Shown: one piece after another, positions 24,007-36,117 of the stretch
Position numbering within the stretch: the first letter of the stretch is position 1
Layout of the letters: each line of letters begins with the position of its first letter
DNA from: Podarcis pityusensis
Taxonomy: Eukaryota
Strand: one strand, 5' to 3'
Assembly (NCBI GenBank): GCA_964106645.2
Contig: OZ067040.1
DNA length: 64,000 nucleotides
Program-made: the position numbers and the translations under genes
Notes under the pieces: generated by a model
What the model was told of the DNA's origin: nothing
The model's input: only the letters and a program-made list of their open reading frames with translations
Database searches by the model: none

Positions 24007-24315
24007 TTATACACCATCCATCTGGCTGGGTTTCCCCAGCCACTCTGGGCGGCTTCCAACAAAATATTAAAAATACAATAAAACATCAGACATTATGTTC
24101 CCTAAACAGGGCTGCCTTCAAATGTCTTTTAAAAGTCAGGTGGTTGTTCATTTCCTCGGGTGCCACTACCGAGAAGGCCCTCTGCCTGGTTCCCTGTAGC
24201 TTTGCTTCTCGCAATGAGGGAACCGCCAGAAGGCCCTCGGCGCTGGACCTCAGCGTCCGGGCAGAATGATGGGGGTGGAGACGCTCCTTCAGGTATACTG
24301 GGCCGAGGCCGTTTA
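23960..24315 (-). mobile_element. L2-type LINE 3' fragment with (AAT)n tail
   Basis: CCATCTGGCTGGGTTTCCCCAGCCACTCTGGGCGGC...GAGAAGGCCCTCTGCCTGGTTCCCTG; same family at 25272, 47613, 51117 and 53725. Confidence 0.7.
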
Positions 24316-24514
24316 AATAGACTACAGCAGCATCCAGAACACTTCCAAGTTTTTATTTGATATTTGTTTGGCCGAGTGTTTTATGTTGCATGATGTCCTT
24401 CTAGAAGCCATAATTTGCCACTATGTGTTGGTGCCTCATATAATTTGTGGGGCCCACCTTCTTGAGTTAGAATCCACACCTGGATCCAGTTAAATCAATG
24501 GGACATGACTATTG

Positions 24515-24763
24515 GTGTAACGTTGTGTAGTGGTTAAGAGCAGTGGACTGGTAATCTGGTGAACCGGGTTCGCGTCTCTGCTCCTCCACATGCAGCTGCT
24601 GGGTGACCTTGGGCCAGTCACACTTCTTTGAAGTCTCTCAGCCCCACTCACCTCACAGAGTGTTTGTTGTGGGGGAGGAAGGGAAAGGAGAATGTTAGCC
24701 GCTTTGAGACTCCTTCGGGTAGTGATAAAGTGGGATATCAAATCCAAACTCTTCTTCTTCTTC
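24515..24763 (+). mobile_element. tRNA-derived SINE (Squam3-like) with (CTT)n tail
   Basis: A box TGTAGTGGTTAAGAGC, B-box-like GGTTCGCGTC, CORE-like GGGTGACCTTGGGCCAGTCAC, (CTT)n tail. Confidence 0.75.
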
Positions 24764-25271
24764 TATTCTTAATTTTATGTGAAAGGCTTAAGAATCTACT
24801 TAAATCAATTATTTTGAAATCAACAAGAGAAATCAACAACTAATATTTATAGGTTGGGTGGTATCCATTTTTGTAATTTCAAATTTCAAAACAAAAACTA
24901 AACTACAATTTATTTTTTTGCATGATTCATCAGCATTCAAACACATTTACATCCCATTTTTTTGGATAGCTTGGGGCCCCAATATGCTTAACTTCAGGTG
25001 GACTGTGCACGCAAATCTTCACACTCAGTTACAAAAAGCCACTGCATCCAAAACAGAATTTAAAGCTACTGCTTCAAAACTGTAGAATTTGAAAATAGTT
25101 TTGAATAGATTTATGGTCTCTAGAATAACTTTTTGGGTAGTTTTTGTTGGAAAAAAACAGTGGCTAGATTGCAATTTCAATTCTACCTCCCAAGTATGTG
25201 CTAAAATATTCAAAATTCATCAGATACATGAAGCGTAATCCTCCGTTAGAAGATATGTATGAATATATACA

Positions 25272-25600
25272 CATACCTGAAGGAGTTTCTCCACCCCCAT
25301 CGTTCTGCCCGGACACTGAGGTCCATCTCCAAGGGCCTTCTGGCAGTTCCCTCATTGAGAGCAGTGCGGTTACAGGGAACCAGGCAGAGGGCTTTCTCGG
25401 TAGTTGTGCCCGCCCTGTGGAACGCCCTCCCATCAGATGTCAAAGCGATAAATAACTACCTGACATTCAGAAGACATCTGAAGGCAGCCCTGTTCAGGGA
25501 AGTTTTTAATCTGTGGTATTTTAGTGTATTTTTGGTTTCTATGGAAGCCGCCCAGAGTGGCTGGGGAAACCCAGCCAGATGGGCGGGGTACAAATAATAA

Positions 25601-25637
<37 letters not shown>
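25272..25637 (+). mobile_element. L2-type LINE 3' fragment followed by (TTG)n
   Basis: Reverse-complement match to 23960-24315 and 53725-54072. Confidence 0.7.
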
Positions 25638-25638
<1 letters not shown>

Positions 25639-26424
25639 GTGTATGCATGTGTATGTGCATGTGCATGTTCTGTTGCTTTATTATTTCTATTAATTTATGT
25701 TAACCCGATACAAGCAAAAAGTTAAATCCTTAGACTACAAGAGAATAATAACTAGGTACACTGTCCCCACTTTAAAATAACTAAGTAGGCCAGCCCCATA
25801 CTAATTTTCACCCCTGGGGGTGGGGATCACGCTCAATAATTTGAGAAGCTCAATAAGCTCTAGAAGTTGGATGTTTCAATAATACTGGAAATTACCTCTA
25901 ATTTCTGCTTGAGTGTCATCTGTTATTGGATTTTAATTACAATCAAATCAACCCATTCATATGAATACTCGGTGGTGGTGGCAGGCGTAGGAGGGAGAAT
26001 GTGTTGCAAGCACGTTTTCATTTTTAAAAAAAGAAGAAGAAAGGGGAGCATTTGAACTGAAACATCCTACACACACATCAACAAAACATGGTTTTCAGAT
26101 TTTAAATGGATGAACCTGGTAAACTTCTACATCTGTTCTGCATCAATTTATGTCACAAAATGCTCACAGATATATAAGTAAATGAATAAATTGACAGCAC
26201 TCCAAAGGCAAGCTCTTTATTAGATGAGCTACACCACTGGGGTAAGTGCCAGAGCCCTTAGCCAGAGCGCATTCTATCCTTATTCAACAGGAGTTTTGCC
26301 TGAAGGGTCCACAAAAAGCTGATGCACTATTAAAGCCTTCAGTGTTAATTTCACTACCCTGCTATTGCTAAAGGAACTATCCAGTCAGAGTTAAGCATTT
26401 TCAAGTCCCACTGGGTGCTATTCA

Positions 26425-26660
26425 CACTGGCGGATGAAGTTGGGGGGGTGGTCAAACCCGGGTGCCATCCTGGGGGTGACATCGTGGCTACCCCACGGGA
26501 CACGTGGTGTGCATCCCTGGGAAGCTCGCCGCACCCCCCCTGCAATGTGGAATGCTTGCCACACACCCCCAACGTGCGCCACGCACCCCACGGGCAATGT
26601 GCCAGCCACGCCCCCAGATGTACGCCGCACCCGGTGCCGGAGCAGGTAGCTTCGCCACTG
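26425..26660. mobile_element. hAT-type MITE, GC-rich
   Basis: Perfect 8-bp TSD GCTATTCA (26417-26424, 26661-26668); TIRs CACTGGCGGA / (rc) CAGTGGCGAA. Confidence 0.8.
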
Positions 26661-27107
26661 GCTATTCAACTATATTTTAAGAGTAAACTCGCTGAAATTT
26701 ATTAGCATGACTAAGTTAGGTCCATTAATTACCACTTAGTTGAATATCACCCATTGATTTCAGTGGGAGAATAGATTCCTTGCTTACCACTCTTCTAATC
26801 ATAGAATAGCTTCTGTGTTCTACCAAACCAGGGTTATATCTATTCCTCATAAATTCAATAAAAGGAAACCAATTTATACAAAAAGTCTCTATTGTATTCT
26901 TCTCTCTCTGGTTTTAAAAAAAATCCCATGAATTTCATCATCTCTATTTGCTACTTTTCATAATTTAATTAACAATTCCTTTAGAGCATGGGCTTCAAAA
27001 GGAATTATGCCCCTTCTTTGCCAGCAAATGTTTTGCACCTGCCAATGTACTCCATACTAAATTGATGCTTTCCTTCTACTGTACATACAAATCCTAGTAT
27101 CAATGTA

Positions 27108-27349
27108 CAGTGGTACCTTGGGTTAAGAACTTAATTCGTTCTGGAGGTCCATTCTTAACCTGAAACTGTTCTTAACCTGAAGCACCACTTTAGCTAATGG
27201 GGCCTCCTGCTGCTGCCGCTCCACCAGAGCACAATTTCTGTTCTCATCCTGAAGCAAAGTTCTTAACCCGAGGTACTATTTCTGGGTCAGTGGAGTCTGT
27301 ATCCTGAAGCGTATGTAACCTGAAGCATATGTAACCCGAGGTACCACTG
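27108..27349. mobile_element. Tc1/mariner (pogo/Tigger-like) MITE, copy 1
   Basis: TA flanks; TIRs CAGTGGTACCTTGGGTTA / TAACCCGAGGTACCACTG; homologous copies at 34847 and 41618. Confidence 0.85.
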
Positions 27350-29239
27350 TAAAATGACTGTATAGAATTTTTTAAAAGCCAAAGGTTTCTTGATAATTTG
27401 AACAATGACTTACTAAAACTTCTTCCAAAAGGGTTTGATTACTGGGCATTTCCACCAGACATAAATAACATTACCCATTATTATCTCCTATTTGTTATTA
27501 TTATTATTATTTTATATATCAAATCAACATGCTGTTAAGTGCCACTGATACAGTATTTTATAATGATTTCCTTTTAAAAGGAATTTCAAAGAAGGCTGCA
27601 TTCTTCTCTCCTTACAAAAAGCAAGAACAGAATTCAACTAAATGTTGCTGGTAGACAGTTCCTGGAAAATGATGTACTTTATTTTACACTGAATAGTGAT
27701 AAGGTGTCTCATTACCAAATTTACACATTTTCCCAGGCCACAGTTCTCAGGTGTGACTGCTTTTCAATTGTTACTCTGATAAACTGCATCCTTATAAGGA
27801 ACAAACTAATTCTGTGCTGTATCATCTTAGTGAACATTCATAGGGAATTATAGGAGAAGAAATAATAAACGGTGGTTGTATTGACCAGAGCTTGGATGAC
27901 TATTTAAGTAGGAATTTAGGTTTTGCTCTGATAAGTGATTAATTTCATGACACATTTTGTATGACTAAATATTTACCACAGTTGTAATAGTAGCAAGTAA
28001 TCTTCTGCATCACAGGAAAATAAATAATAAGATTGCCATACCTGCAGGGAGATATGATTTGTCTCTTCTGGTTAATGTTATATACTGTAGGGAAAAGTGA
28101 ATCTATTTACAACTTAATGCTACGAAAAAAGGCGTACTCCACAAGATCTAAGAGGTAAGAAAATTAAATTACTCTGAATTCATTAATCTGCTCAGAGGAG
28201 AGATCTTCAGCATGGCTAACCCTTCCAGATTTTGAGTTATTATTTCCATAGAACCAGAAATTTAGGATGAAAGTCAGTTTATCAACTCCGGCTCTCAGAC
28301 CTAGCGCAAAGTATCCTTACCATGATGTCTGGAGGCAGTTCTGGGATGGATGTCAGCAGAGGCTTAATCCAGATAAAATGGAAGTGATATAGAAGGGTGG
28401 GAAACCTGCTGATCTGAATCGAACTGAAAGACAAAGTTTTCACACAGTGTTGTTGTTTTACCTGTACTTGGTGCTATCTGTGGAGGCACAGGTGGTATTG
28501 GTTATCAAGGGTGCCCTTTACTAAATTCAGCTGATATATCAGCTGCATCCCGATTTGGGAAAATGGAACTTGCTACAGTCATTCAATGCCCTGGTTGCAC
28601 ACTCTGTGCATCTGCCTTTAAAGAAGCTTCAGCTGCTGAATAATGCAGATGTCTGGTTGTTTTTGAGCGTATATAGGCAATCAGAGCATATAACACCAAT
28701 TCTGTGCCCAGCTGCACTGGTTGCCAGGGTTAGAGAGAGCGGTTTGGAAGAGATATCCTTACTGTTTTGTAAAAGAGTTAGCACAATGGTTATTGCTCCA
28801 AGCGCATTAAAACTTGGTTAGATTGCAAATAAGTGAATGTTTTACTCACAGAGTTTCCAGAAGTTGCATCAAACAAGTCTCCATCTGTTGGCAGGAAAAC
28901 AAAGGAGAGAGAAAATGTTCCAAATGACTTAAACAGAAAAATAATTGGTTTCCGTACAAAAAGGATCATTCAATATTCGGGTTAGCAAAGATGCAGACTG
29001 TAAAATCTCCTTCAAGAAAGTTACAGTTCACTTGCAGGGAGCCATGGCCACATGGCTTCTCGCTTGCTCCAGGGAGCATGAAGAGAGAAGAAGAAAGGGA
29101 TGGGGCAGAGGTTGTCCAGAGCCTGCTAAACCATACCCATGCTGGCGACTTGAGCTCAGGACTCAGATTAACCCTTTCATGCACCCAAGTGTTAGTCAGT
29201 AACTGTATATTGCAGCAGCCAGTGCATTTCCAAAGCCAA

Positions 29240-29878
29240 TTTGAAGATCTCTCCCTCATTACAGTCGATCAGGTATATGAAGACGAGCAGCAAAGTCAGT
29301 CCTCAGGGAATGTGCAGGCGACCTTGGAGCGGACAGCTCACGAAAGAACCCCGACCAAACCTAAGAGGAGGCGTGTAGTGGTGATAGGGGATTCCCTACT
29401 GAGGGGAACAGAAGCAGTGATCTGTGGGCCTGACAAGATGTCTCGGGAAGTGTGCTGTCTCCCCGGGGCTAAGATCCAAGATGTAACTGAACGACTGCAA
29501 GGAATCATAAAACCCACTGACAAATACCCCTTCCTCTTGGTTCATGTGGGAACCAATGACACTGCAAGCAATAGCCTCCAGAAGATCAAAAGAGACTACG
29601 AGGCTCTGGGCAGGAAATTGAAGCAATTAAATGCACAAATTGTGATCTCATCTGTCCTCCCAGTTGAACGACGTGGCCCAGGGAGAGAGGGGAAAATAGT
29701 GGAAGTGAACAGCTGGCTTCGCAAATGGTGTAAACAGGAACGGTTTGGATTCTTAGATCACAGACTGCAGTTTCTTGAAGATGGACTTCTGGCAAGCGAT
29801 GGGCTGCACCTCACAACGGTTGGGAGAAATGTTTTTGCCAAAAATCTCAGAAACCTCATCTGGAGGGCTTTAAACTGA
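29240..29878 (+). CDS. CR1 ORF1 C-terminal part, SGNH/GDSL esterase-like domain (5'-truncated)
   Basis: [11 protein letters not shown] (block I), CLPGAKI (II), HVGTND (III), SDGLHL (V). Confidence 0.85.
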   Translation, partial: FEDLSLITVDQVYEDEQQSQSSGNVQATLERTAHERTPTKPKRRRVVVIGDSLLRGTEAVICGPDKMSREVCCLPGAKIQDVTERLQGIIKPTDKYPFLLVHVGTNDTASNSLQKIKRDYEALGRKLKQLNAQIVISSVLPVERRGPGREGKIVEVNSWLRKWCKQERFGFLDHRLQFLEDGLLASDGLHLTTVGRNVFAKNLRNLIWRALN

Positions 29879-29883
29879 CTAAT

Positions 29884-32805
29884 GTGGGGGAGGGAGACAG
29901 TGCTCCTGAAGGTAGGAGTCTATCAATTGATGAAGATGATCATCCAAATGTCATAGACCAAATGGAGCAAACAGCACACAGACCTAGTGGTGGGAGGAAA
30001 AAATCCTTAAATAAGAGTCACGGGGGAATGATTAATGGACTTCAATGTCTGTACACTAATGCGCAAAGCATGGGAAATAAACAAGATGAGCTTGAGCTCT
30101 TGGTACAGCAAACTAAATATGACATAATAGGCATCACTGAAACCTGGTGGGATAAGTCCCACGATTGGAATGTAATAATGGGGGGATACAATCTATTTCA
30201 GAGAAACAGACCAGACAAGAAAGGAGGAGGAGTGGCGTTATATGTCAGGGATGTGTATACCTGTGAAGAGATCCAAGATTTAGAACCTCAAAGCCAAAGT
30301 GAGAGCATTTGGGTCAAAATTAAGGGAGAGAAGAATAACAGTGACCTCATTGTGGGAGTTTACTATAGATCCCCAAGCCAAACGGAGGACATAGATGATG
30401 CCTTCCTGGAACAGATGGCCAAGCATGCAAAAGGAAGGGAGATAGTAGTAATGGGGGACTTCAATTACCCGGATATTTGTTGGATGTCAAACTCAGCCAA
30501 GAGCATAAGGTCAAACAGATTCCTCACTGGCCTTGCAGACAACTTCATTGTCCAGAAAGTGGGAGAAGCAACAAGAGGAACAGCCATTTTAGATCTGGTC
30601 CTAACCAATGTTGATGACCTGGTTAGTGGGGTAGAAGTGGAAGGATCATTAGGTGCGAGTGATCATGCTCTTCTGAAGTTTACTATACAGCGGAAAGGAG
30701 CAGCCAAGCATACTAGGACTCAATTTCTTGACTTTAAGAAAGCAGACTTCATAAAACTTAGGGAAGTGCTGGGTGAGATCCCATGGACAGTAATACTAAA
30801 AGGAAAGGGAGTTCATGATGGCTGGGAGTTTGTTAAGAGGGAGATACTAAAAGCACAACGTCAGGCAATACCAATGAGACGGAAACATGGAAGGTGCCTA
30901 AAGAAGCCAGGGTGGCTATCTAAAGAACTTTTAACTGAGTTAAGATTAAAAAAGGATGTGTACAAAAAATGGAAAAGGGGGGAAACCACCAAAGAGGAAT
31001 TCAAACAAATAGCCAGCACGTGTAGACACAAAGTCAGAAAAGCTAAAGCACAGAATGAGCTCAGGCTTGCTAGAGAGGTTAAAAGCAACAAAAAAGGCTT
31101 TTATGGGTATGTTTGTAGCAAAAGGAAGAACAAAGAAACAGTGGGGTCACTCAGAGGAGAAGATGGTGAAATGCAAACAGGGGACACAGAAAGAGCTGAA
31201 CTCCTCAATGCCTTCTTTGCCTCAGTCTTCTCCGATAAAGAAAACAATGCCCGACCTGAAGAATTTGGAGCAAATGATTCAGCAAAGGAAACACAGCCCA
31301 GAATAACTAAGGAGATAGTACAAGAATACTTGGCTAGTTTAGATGTATTCAAGTCTCCAGGGCCAGATGAACTGCATCCAAGAGTATTAAAAGAACTGGC
31401 AGATGTGATCTCAGAACCACTGGCAGTCATCTTTGAGAATTCCTGGAGAACAGGCGAAGTCCCGGCAGACTGGAGGAGGGCAAATGTTGTCCCTATTTTC
31501 AAAAAGGGGAAAAGAGAGGACCCAAATAATTACCGCCCAGTCAGTCTGACATCAATACCAGGGAAGATTCTGGAGCAGATCATTAAGCAAACAGTCTGTG
31601 AGCACCTAGAAAGGAATGCTGTGATCACCAATAGTCAGCATGGATTTCTGAAAAATAAGTCATGTCAGACTAACCTGATCTCGTTTTGTGACAGAATTAC
31701 AAGCCTGGTATATGAAGGGAACACAGTGGATGTAGCCTACCTTGATTTCAGCAAGGCATTTGACAAGGTGCCTCATGATATTCTTGTAAAGAAGCTGGTA
31801 AAATGTGGTCTTGACTATGCTACCACTCAGTGGATTTGTAACTGGCTGACTGACCGAACCCAAAGGGTGCTCATCAATGGTTCCTCTTCATCCTGGAGAA
31901 GAGTGACTAGTGGGGTGCCACAGGGTTCTGTCTTGGGCCCGGTCTTATTCAACATCTTTATCAACGACATGGATGATGGACTCAAGGGCATCCTGATCAA
32001 ATTTGCAGATGACACCAAATTGGGAGGGGTGGCTAATACCCCAGAGGACAGGATCACACTTCAAAACGACCTTGACAGATTAGAGAACTGGGCCAAAACA
32101 AACAAGATGAATTTTAACAGGGAGAAATGTAAAGTATTGCACTTGGGCAAAAAAAATGAGAGGCACAAATACAAGATGGGGGACACCTGGCTTGAGAGCA
32201 GTACATGTGAAAAGGATCTAGGAGTCTTGGTTGTCCACAAACTTGACATGAGCCAACAGTGTGACGCGGCAGCTAAAAAAGCCAATGCAATTCTGGGCCT
32301 CATCAATAGGAGTATAGCATCTAGATCAAGGGAAGTAATAGTGCCACTGTATTCTGCTCTGGTCAGACCTCACCTGGAGTACTGTGTCCAGTTCTGGGCA
32401 CCACAGTTCAAAAAGGACATTGACAAACTGGAACGTGTCCAGAGGAGGGCAACCAAAATGGTCAAAGGCCTGGAAATGATGCCTTATGAGGAACGGCTAA
32501 GAGAGCTGGGCATGTTTAGCCTGGAGAAGAGGAGGTTAAGGGGTGATATGATAGCCATGTTCAAATATATAAAAGGATGTCACATAGAGGAGGGAGAAAG
32601 GTTGTTTTCTGCTGCTCCAGAGAAGCGGACACGGAGCAATGGATCCAAACTACAAGAAAGAAGATTCCACCTAAACATTAGGAAGAACTTCCTGACAGTA
32701 AGAGCTGTTCGACAGTGGAATTTGCTGCCAAGGAGTGTGGTGGAGTCTCCTTCTTTGGAGGTCTTTAAGCAGAGGCTTGACAACCATATGTCAGGAGTGC
32801 TCTGA
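29884..32805 (+). CDS. CR1 ORF2: APE-type endonuclease + reverse transcriptase, 973 codons without a stop
   Basis: EN motifs YTNAQS, GITETWW, GDFN, SDH; RT motifs [36 protein letters not shown]. The listed start is GTG; the first in-frame ATGs are at 29962 and 30028. Confidence 0.95.
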   Translation: MGEGDSAPEGRSLSIDEDDHPNVIDQMEQTAHRPSGGRKKSLNKSHGGMINGLQCLYTNAQSMGNKQDELELLVQQTKYDIIGITETWWDKSHDWNVIMGGYNLFQRNRPDKKGGGVALYVRDVYTCEEIQDLEPQSQSESIWVKIKGEKNNSDLIVGVYYRSPSQTEDIDDAFLEQMAKHAKGREIVVMGDFNYPDICWMSNSAKSIRSNRFLTGLADNFIVQKVGEATRGTAILDLVLTNVDDLVSGVEVEGSLGASDHALLKFTIQRKGAAKHTRTQFLDFKKADFIKLREVLGEIPWTVILKGKGVHDGWEFVKREILKAQRQAIPMRRKHGRCLKKPGWLSKELLTELRLKKDVYKKWKRGETTKEEFKQIASTCRHKVRKAKAQNELRLAREVKSNKKGFYGYVCSKRKNKETVGSLRGEDGEMQTGDTERAELLNAFFASVFSDKENNARPEEFGANDSAKETQPRITKEIVQEYLASLDVFKSPGPDELHPRVLKELADVISEPLAVIFENSWRTGEVPADWRRANVVPIFKKGKREDPNNYRPVSLTSIPGKILEQIIKQTVCEHLERNAVITNSQHGFLKNKSCQTNLISFCDRITSLVYEGNTVDVAYLDFSKAFDKVPHDILVKKLVKCGLDYATTQWICNWLTDRTQRVLINGSSSSWRRVTSGVPQGSVLGPVLFNIFINDMDDGLKGILIKFADDTKLGGVANTPEDRITLQNDLDRLENWAKTNKMNFNREKCKVLHLGKKNERHKYKMGDTWLESSTCEKDLGVLVVHKLDMSQQCDAAAKKANAILGLINRSIASRSREVIVPLYSALVRPHLEYCVQFWAPQFKKDIDKLERVQRRATKMVKGLEMMPYEERLRELGMFSLEKRRLRGDMIAMFKYIKGCHIEEGERLFSAAPEKRTRSNGSKLQERRFHLNIRKNFLTVRAVRQWNLLPRSVVESPSLEVFKQRLDNHMSGVL

Positions 32806-34846
32806 TGGTGTTTCCTGCTTGGCAGGGGGTTGGACTCGATGGCCCTTGTGGTCTCTTCCAACTCTATGATTCTATGATTCTATGACTTTAATGCCCTAAA
32901 TGACTTGGAACCAGGTTACTTAAAGGACCATCTGCAGCTGCATGACGCTTCCCAGGCCTCTGCATGTGCCTGGTTTTTAGACAGGAGAGACACAGCCTTT
33001 TCTCTTGTGGCCCCATCTCTATGGAATGTCCTTCAACTGAAGACATTCCTGGCTCCCTTTCCTATTTTTAAAGGAGTCTTAAAGAGCTGAATGTCTCAGT
33101 CTGTTTTTTATTGATGCTGGCTTTACATTATACATTCTGTAGTTCTGGTTTCAACTGTTAGTAATATTTTTATTTTTATTTGAAATGTTACCTAACTGTT
33201 CTTGTATCAGTTATTTGTAATGTGTGTGTGTGTGTGTACATATGTATTACTGTTACAAGTTTTTATGTTCTTAGTTTGTAAACCACCATGAGGTGGTTTT
33301 TCCCTATAAAGGTGATATAAAAATAATCTAAAGAAAATAAAGAAAAGTGTTTGCTATAGGGGACATATGTCACCTGCCCCAAGTGGTGTGGGGAGGTTAA
33401 AAAACCCCAGAGGGCATGTACCCTTGCGTATATCTCCAAATATATGCCCATTATTCTATGAAAAACATCCCAGGCAAGACATTCATCCACCTCTCATGGA
33501 AGTTTGTTCTGTTGCTATTCATAGTCTTTTGTTGCAATGCATATGCTCATAATATTTGATCTAAATCTTTCTTTCTGTAATTTTAAGCAGCTCTCAAACT
33601 GACATCTTTTATCCTAAACCCAGTTACTGATGGGTATCATTATTTGGTGGCGAGGGAAAAGCACTCAGCACCCTTTCACAGGCATCCTGCATGTCTGAGC
33701 TTTTGGAATTAGAATAGATTCCCAAATCAAAGCATTTATGAGCCCTGGTTTGAATTAATCCTTTCCCATTTGACAAGCATGTTCTACACCCACAAGGCCT
33801 CATGGTGACAATGAGCCTATATAAGCACATGAGGTAATGTTGCAGAAAGCTGCAAAGTACTTTCACTTATGTACACAGACCAGCTATGAGTCCAAGGTAC
33901 AATCTACATATGGAGTTCTGGGGTGGGACCTGGTGCTGTGATCTTCCTTCTCCCCACCCCCATGCATTGATTGTACCTGGTTTGCAATCATCTGCACAAA
34001 ACTTAAGCAGCACCAGCATGTCAGCCAATAAGACCTAGAGAGTTTGTGTGCTTCTCATGCATATCAAGTGAAAGTTCACAAACAGCAGATCAGGAGAGCT
34101 CTAAAGATGGGGGTTCCTTCATACAACACATTTTTCTACACATGAACAACTGGAAGCTTTCTTCCTTGGCATGAAAACTTTCTGTATGAAAGGCTTTTAA
34201 ATTTTATTTTATACTGTTGTGTGTGCCCCCACCTACAACCTGAAGTGGTAGAGCCCCCAGACAGCTTTCCCTCCTCATCTGCCATTTATGAGGAGGCCAT
34301 GGGTATAGGAAGGAGGATGGTATGGGGTTAGAGGGGAACTAATCTGTCAATGTCAGTTTAACTCTTTCTCATTTTTCCAGTCTTCAGTTCTTCCCATTTC
34401 AACATCAATTCCTGATTTTTTCAAAAAGTCTGCAGGAACATTTCTACACATTTTTGCATGCGATTCTCCTAATATGTAGGGATTTATATGCTACTTTTTC
34501 CACAAATAACTTCCCATAAAATTATGTATTTTCAGCAAACTTTGTCCTAATACACACTTTTTTTGCATGCATCTTTTGGTTGGAGATCTGTAACACAAAA
34601 TTAGGAGGAATGAGAATTTTGAAGGATAGCTCTGTTTCAGTTTGCATATTGGGTTGGTAAGAGCAAAGGAGGCAAGTTTGGGTTTCTTTTCCCATCCCTA
34701 ATTACAATAAAGGGGACCTGCTTCTTGGACTGCCTGGTGTGAGGAGTCTGAGGCACAAAGTGAAGGATTACTAGTTCTATTGAACGTTACTACTCTGGCT
34801 ACTTTTGTATATAATTTTCAATGTTCCTTGCTTGGATAAAGAAAAA

Positions 34847-35077
34847 CAGTGGTACCTTGGGTTACAGATCCTTCAGATTACAGACACTTCAGGTTACAGA
34901 CTCCGCTGACCCAGAAATAGTACCTCGGGTTAAGACCTTTGCTTCAGGATGAGAACAGAAACTGCGCGGCAGCAGCGGGAGGCCCCATTAGCTACAGTGG
35001 TACCTCAGGTTAAGAACAGTTTCAGGTTAAGAACGGACCTCCAGAACGAATTGAGTTCTTAACCTGAGTTACCACTG
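34847..35077. mobile_element. Tc1/mariner MITE, copy 2 (opposite orientation)
   Basis: TIRs CAGTGGTACCTTGGGTTA / TAACCTGAGTTACCACTG followed by TA. Confidence 0.8.
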
Positions 35078-36117
35078 TATTGAATAAGGCAGTGAACTTG
35101 GCTTCTTATTTTTGTAGCACGAATTTAGCTATCAACCCACACACTGGCATATCACCATAACTTTGAAATTGCCATCTTGCCACCCCTTCACTGAATGCAG
35201 TTAATAAAAACCAATCTGTGTTAATCCTTTAGTTGACCAGATCCAGGACTTCTTAAAACATGAGAAAATCAATCTTTGTTAACACATGCTACTCAGTGAC
35301 TAATGGTTGTAAGATTTATTTAGCACCAGCATATGCAAAGTTCTGAAATATGGGGGAGATGGGATGGAAATTAAAATTCTGAATGTGCATACACTGAAAA
35401 CAAAACAATTTCTTATACGACTCCTTGCATTCTCTTCCAAATTGGACAGCTTGTTGACTTCTGTGTTCTGGACTCATTGTGCTGCCAACCCAGCATTATA
35501 ATACTGTCAGTTTTAATTATGCTAATTCATTCTCCTGATGACACTTCATGCTTGGAAAACCCACTGCTTCCATTGACGCAAGATTACAGTGTCATACGCC
35601 CAGTGGTATTTTGGTCTTTCTTTGCTGCTTTTTCCTTTCTCAGTAAATTTCAGCCTGGAAGTGATTGGATTTGCAACTGAAATGGAGTCAAACTAATGAA
35701 CTACAATGTGTAACCAAGCTAACTTGAAAAAAGCTTCATGTCATCTTTTAATACTCAATGGAGCTTGTGCTGTATAACTGTGGCTGCAGTTGGTTAATAG
35801 GCTGCTGATCTAGATGGACCGGTAACCTGACCTGGTAAAAGGCATGGCCCTATATTCCTACAATCATATCAAACTGTGCCAACTTCATGCATCTGTCTAC
35901 TGCAAAAATGCAAATAAAACTATAAACAAAACTGCTGATTGTTTTTTAAATCTTAATATCCTGGGTACCTGGCGGCAAGTCATACTGGTGTGCATGATCC
36001 CATGGCACAGGCTGGCATGTAGTCCAGCAAGCCAACAAGTCCAAAGTCCAGGTTCCTACCCCAGCAGCTGATCCAGAGGTCAGCATCTGGCAGTCAGTCC
36101 CACACAAGCAAAGTCTC

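Larger units (their letters stand above)
29240..32885 (+). mobile_element. CR1 LINE, 5'-truncated within ORF1, inserted into an older L2 remnant
   Basis: Esterase-type ORF1 fragment, intact ORF2, short 3'UTR ending in (ATTCTATG)n octamers. The flanks CCAGTGCATTTCCAAAGC... and ...CTTTAATGCCCTAAATGACTTGG join up as an L2-like sequence. The 5' boundary is approximate. Confidence 0.92.

Noticed and set aside
30861-32861. Minus-strand and alternate-frame ORFs within CR1
   Set aside because: Shadow ORFs of ORF2.
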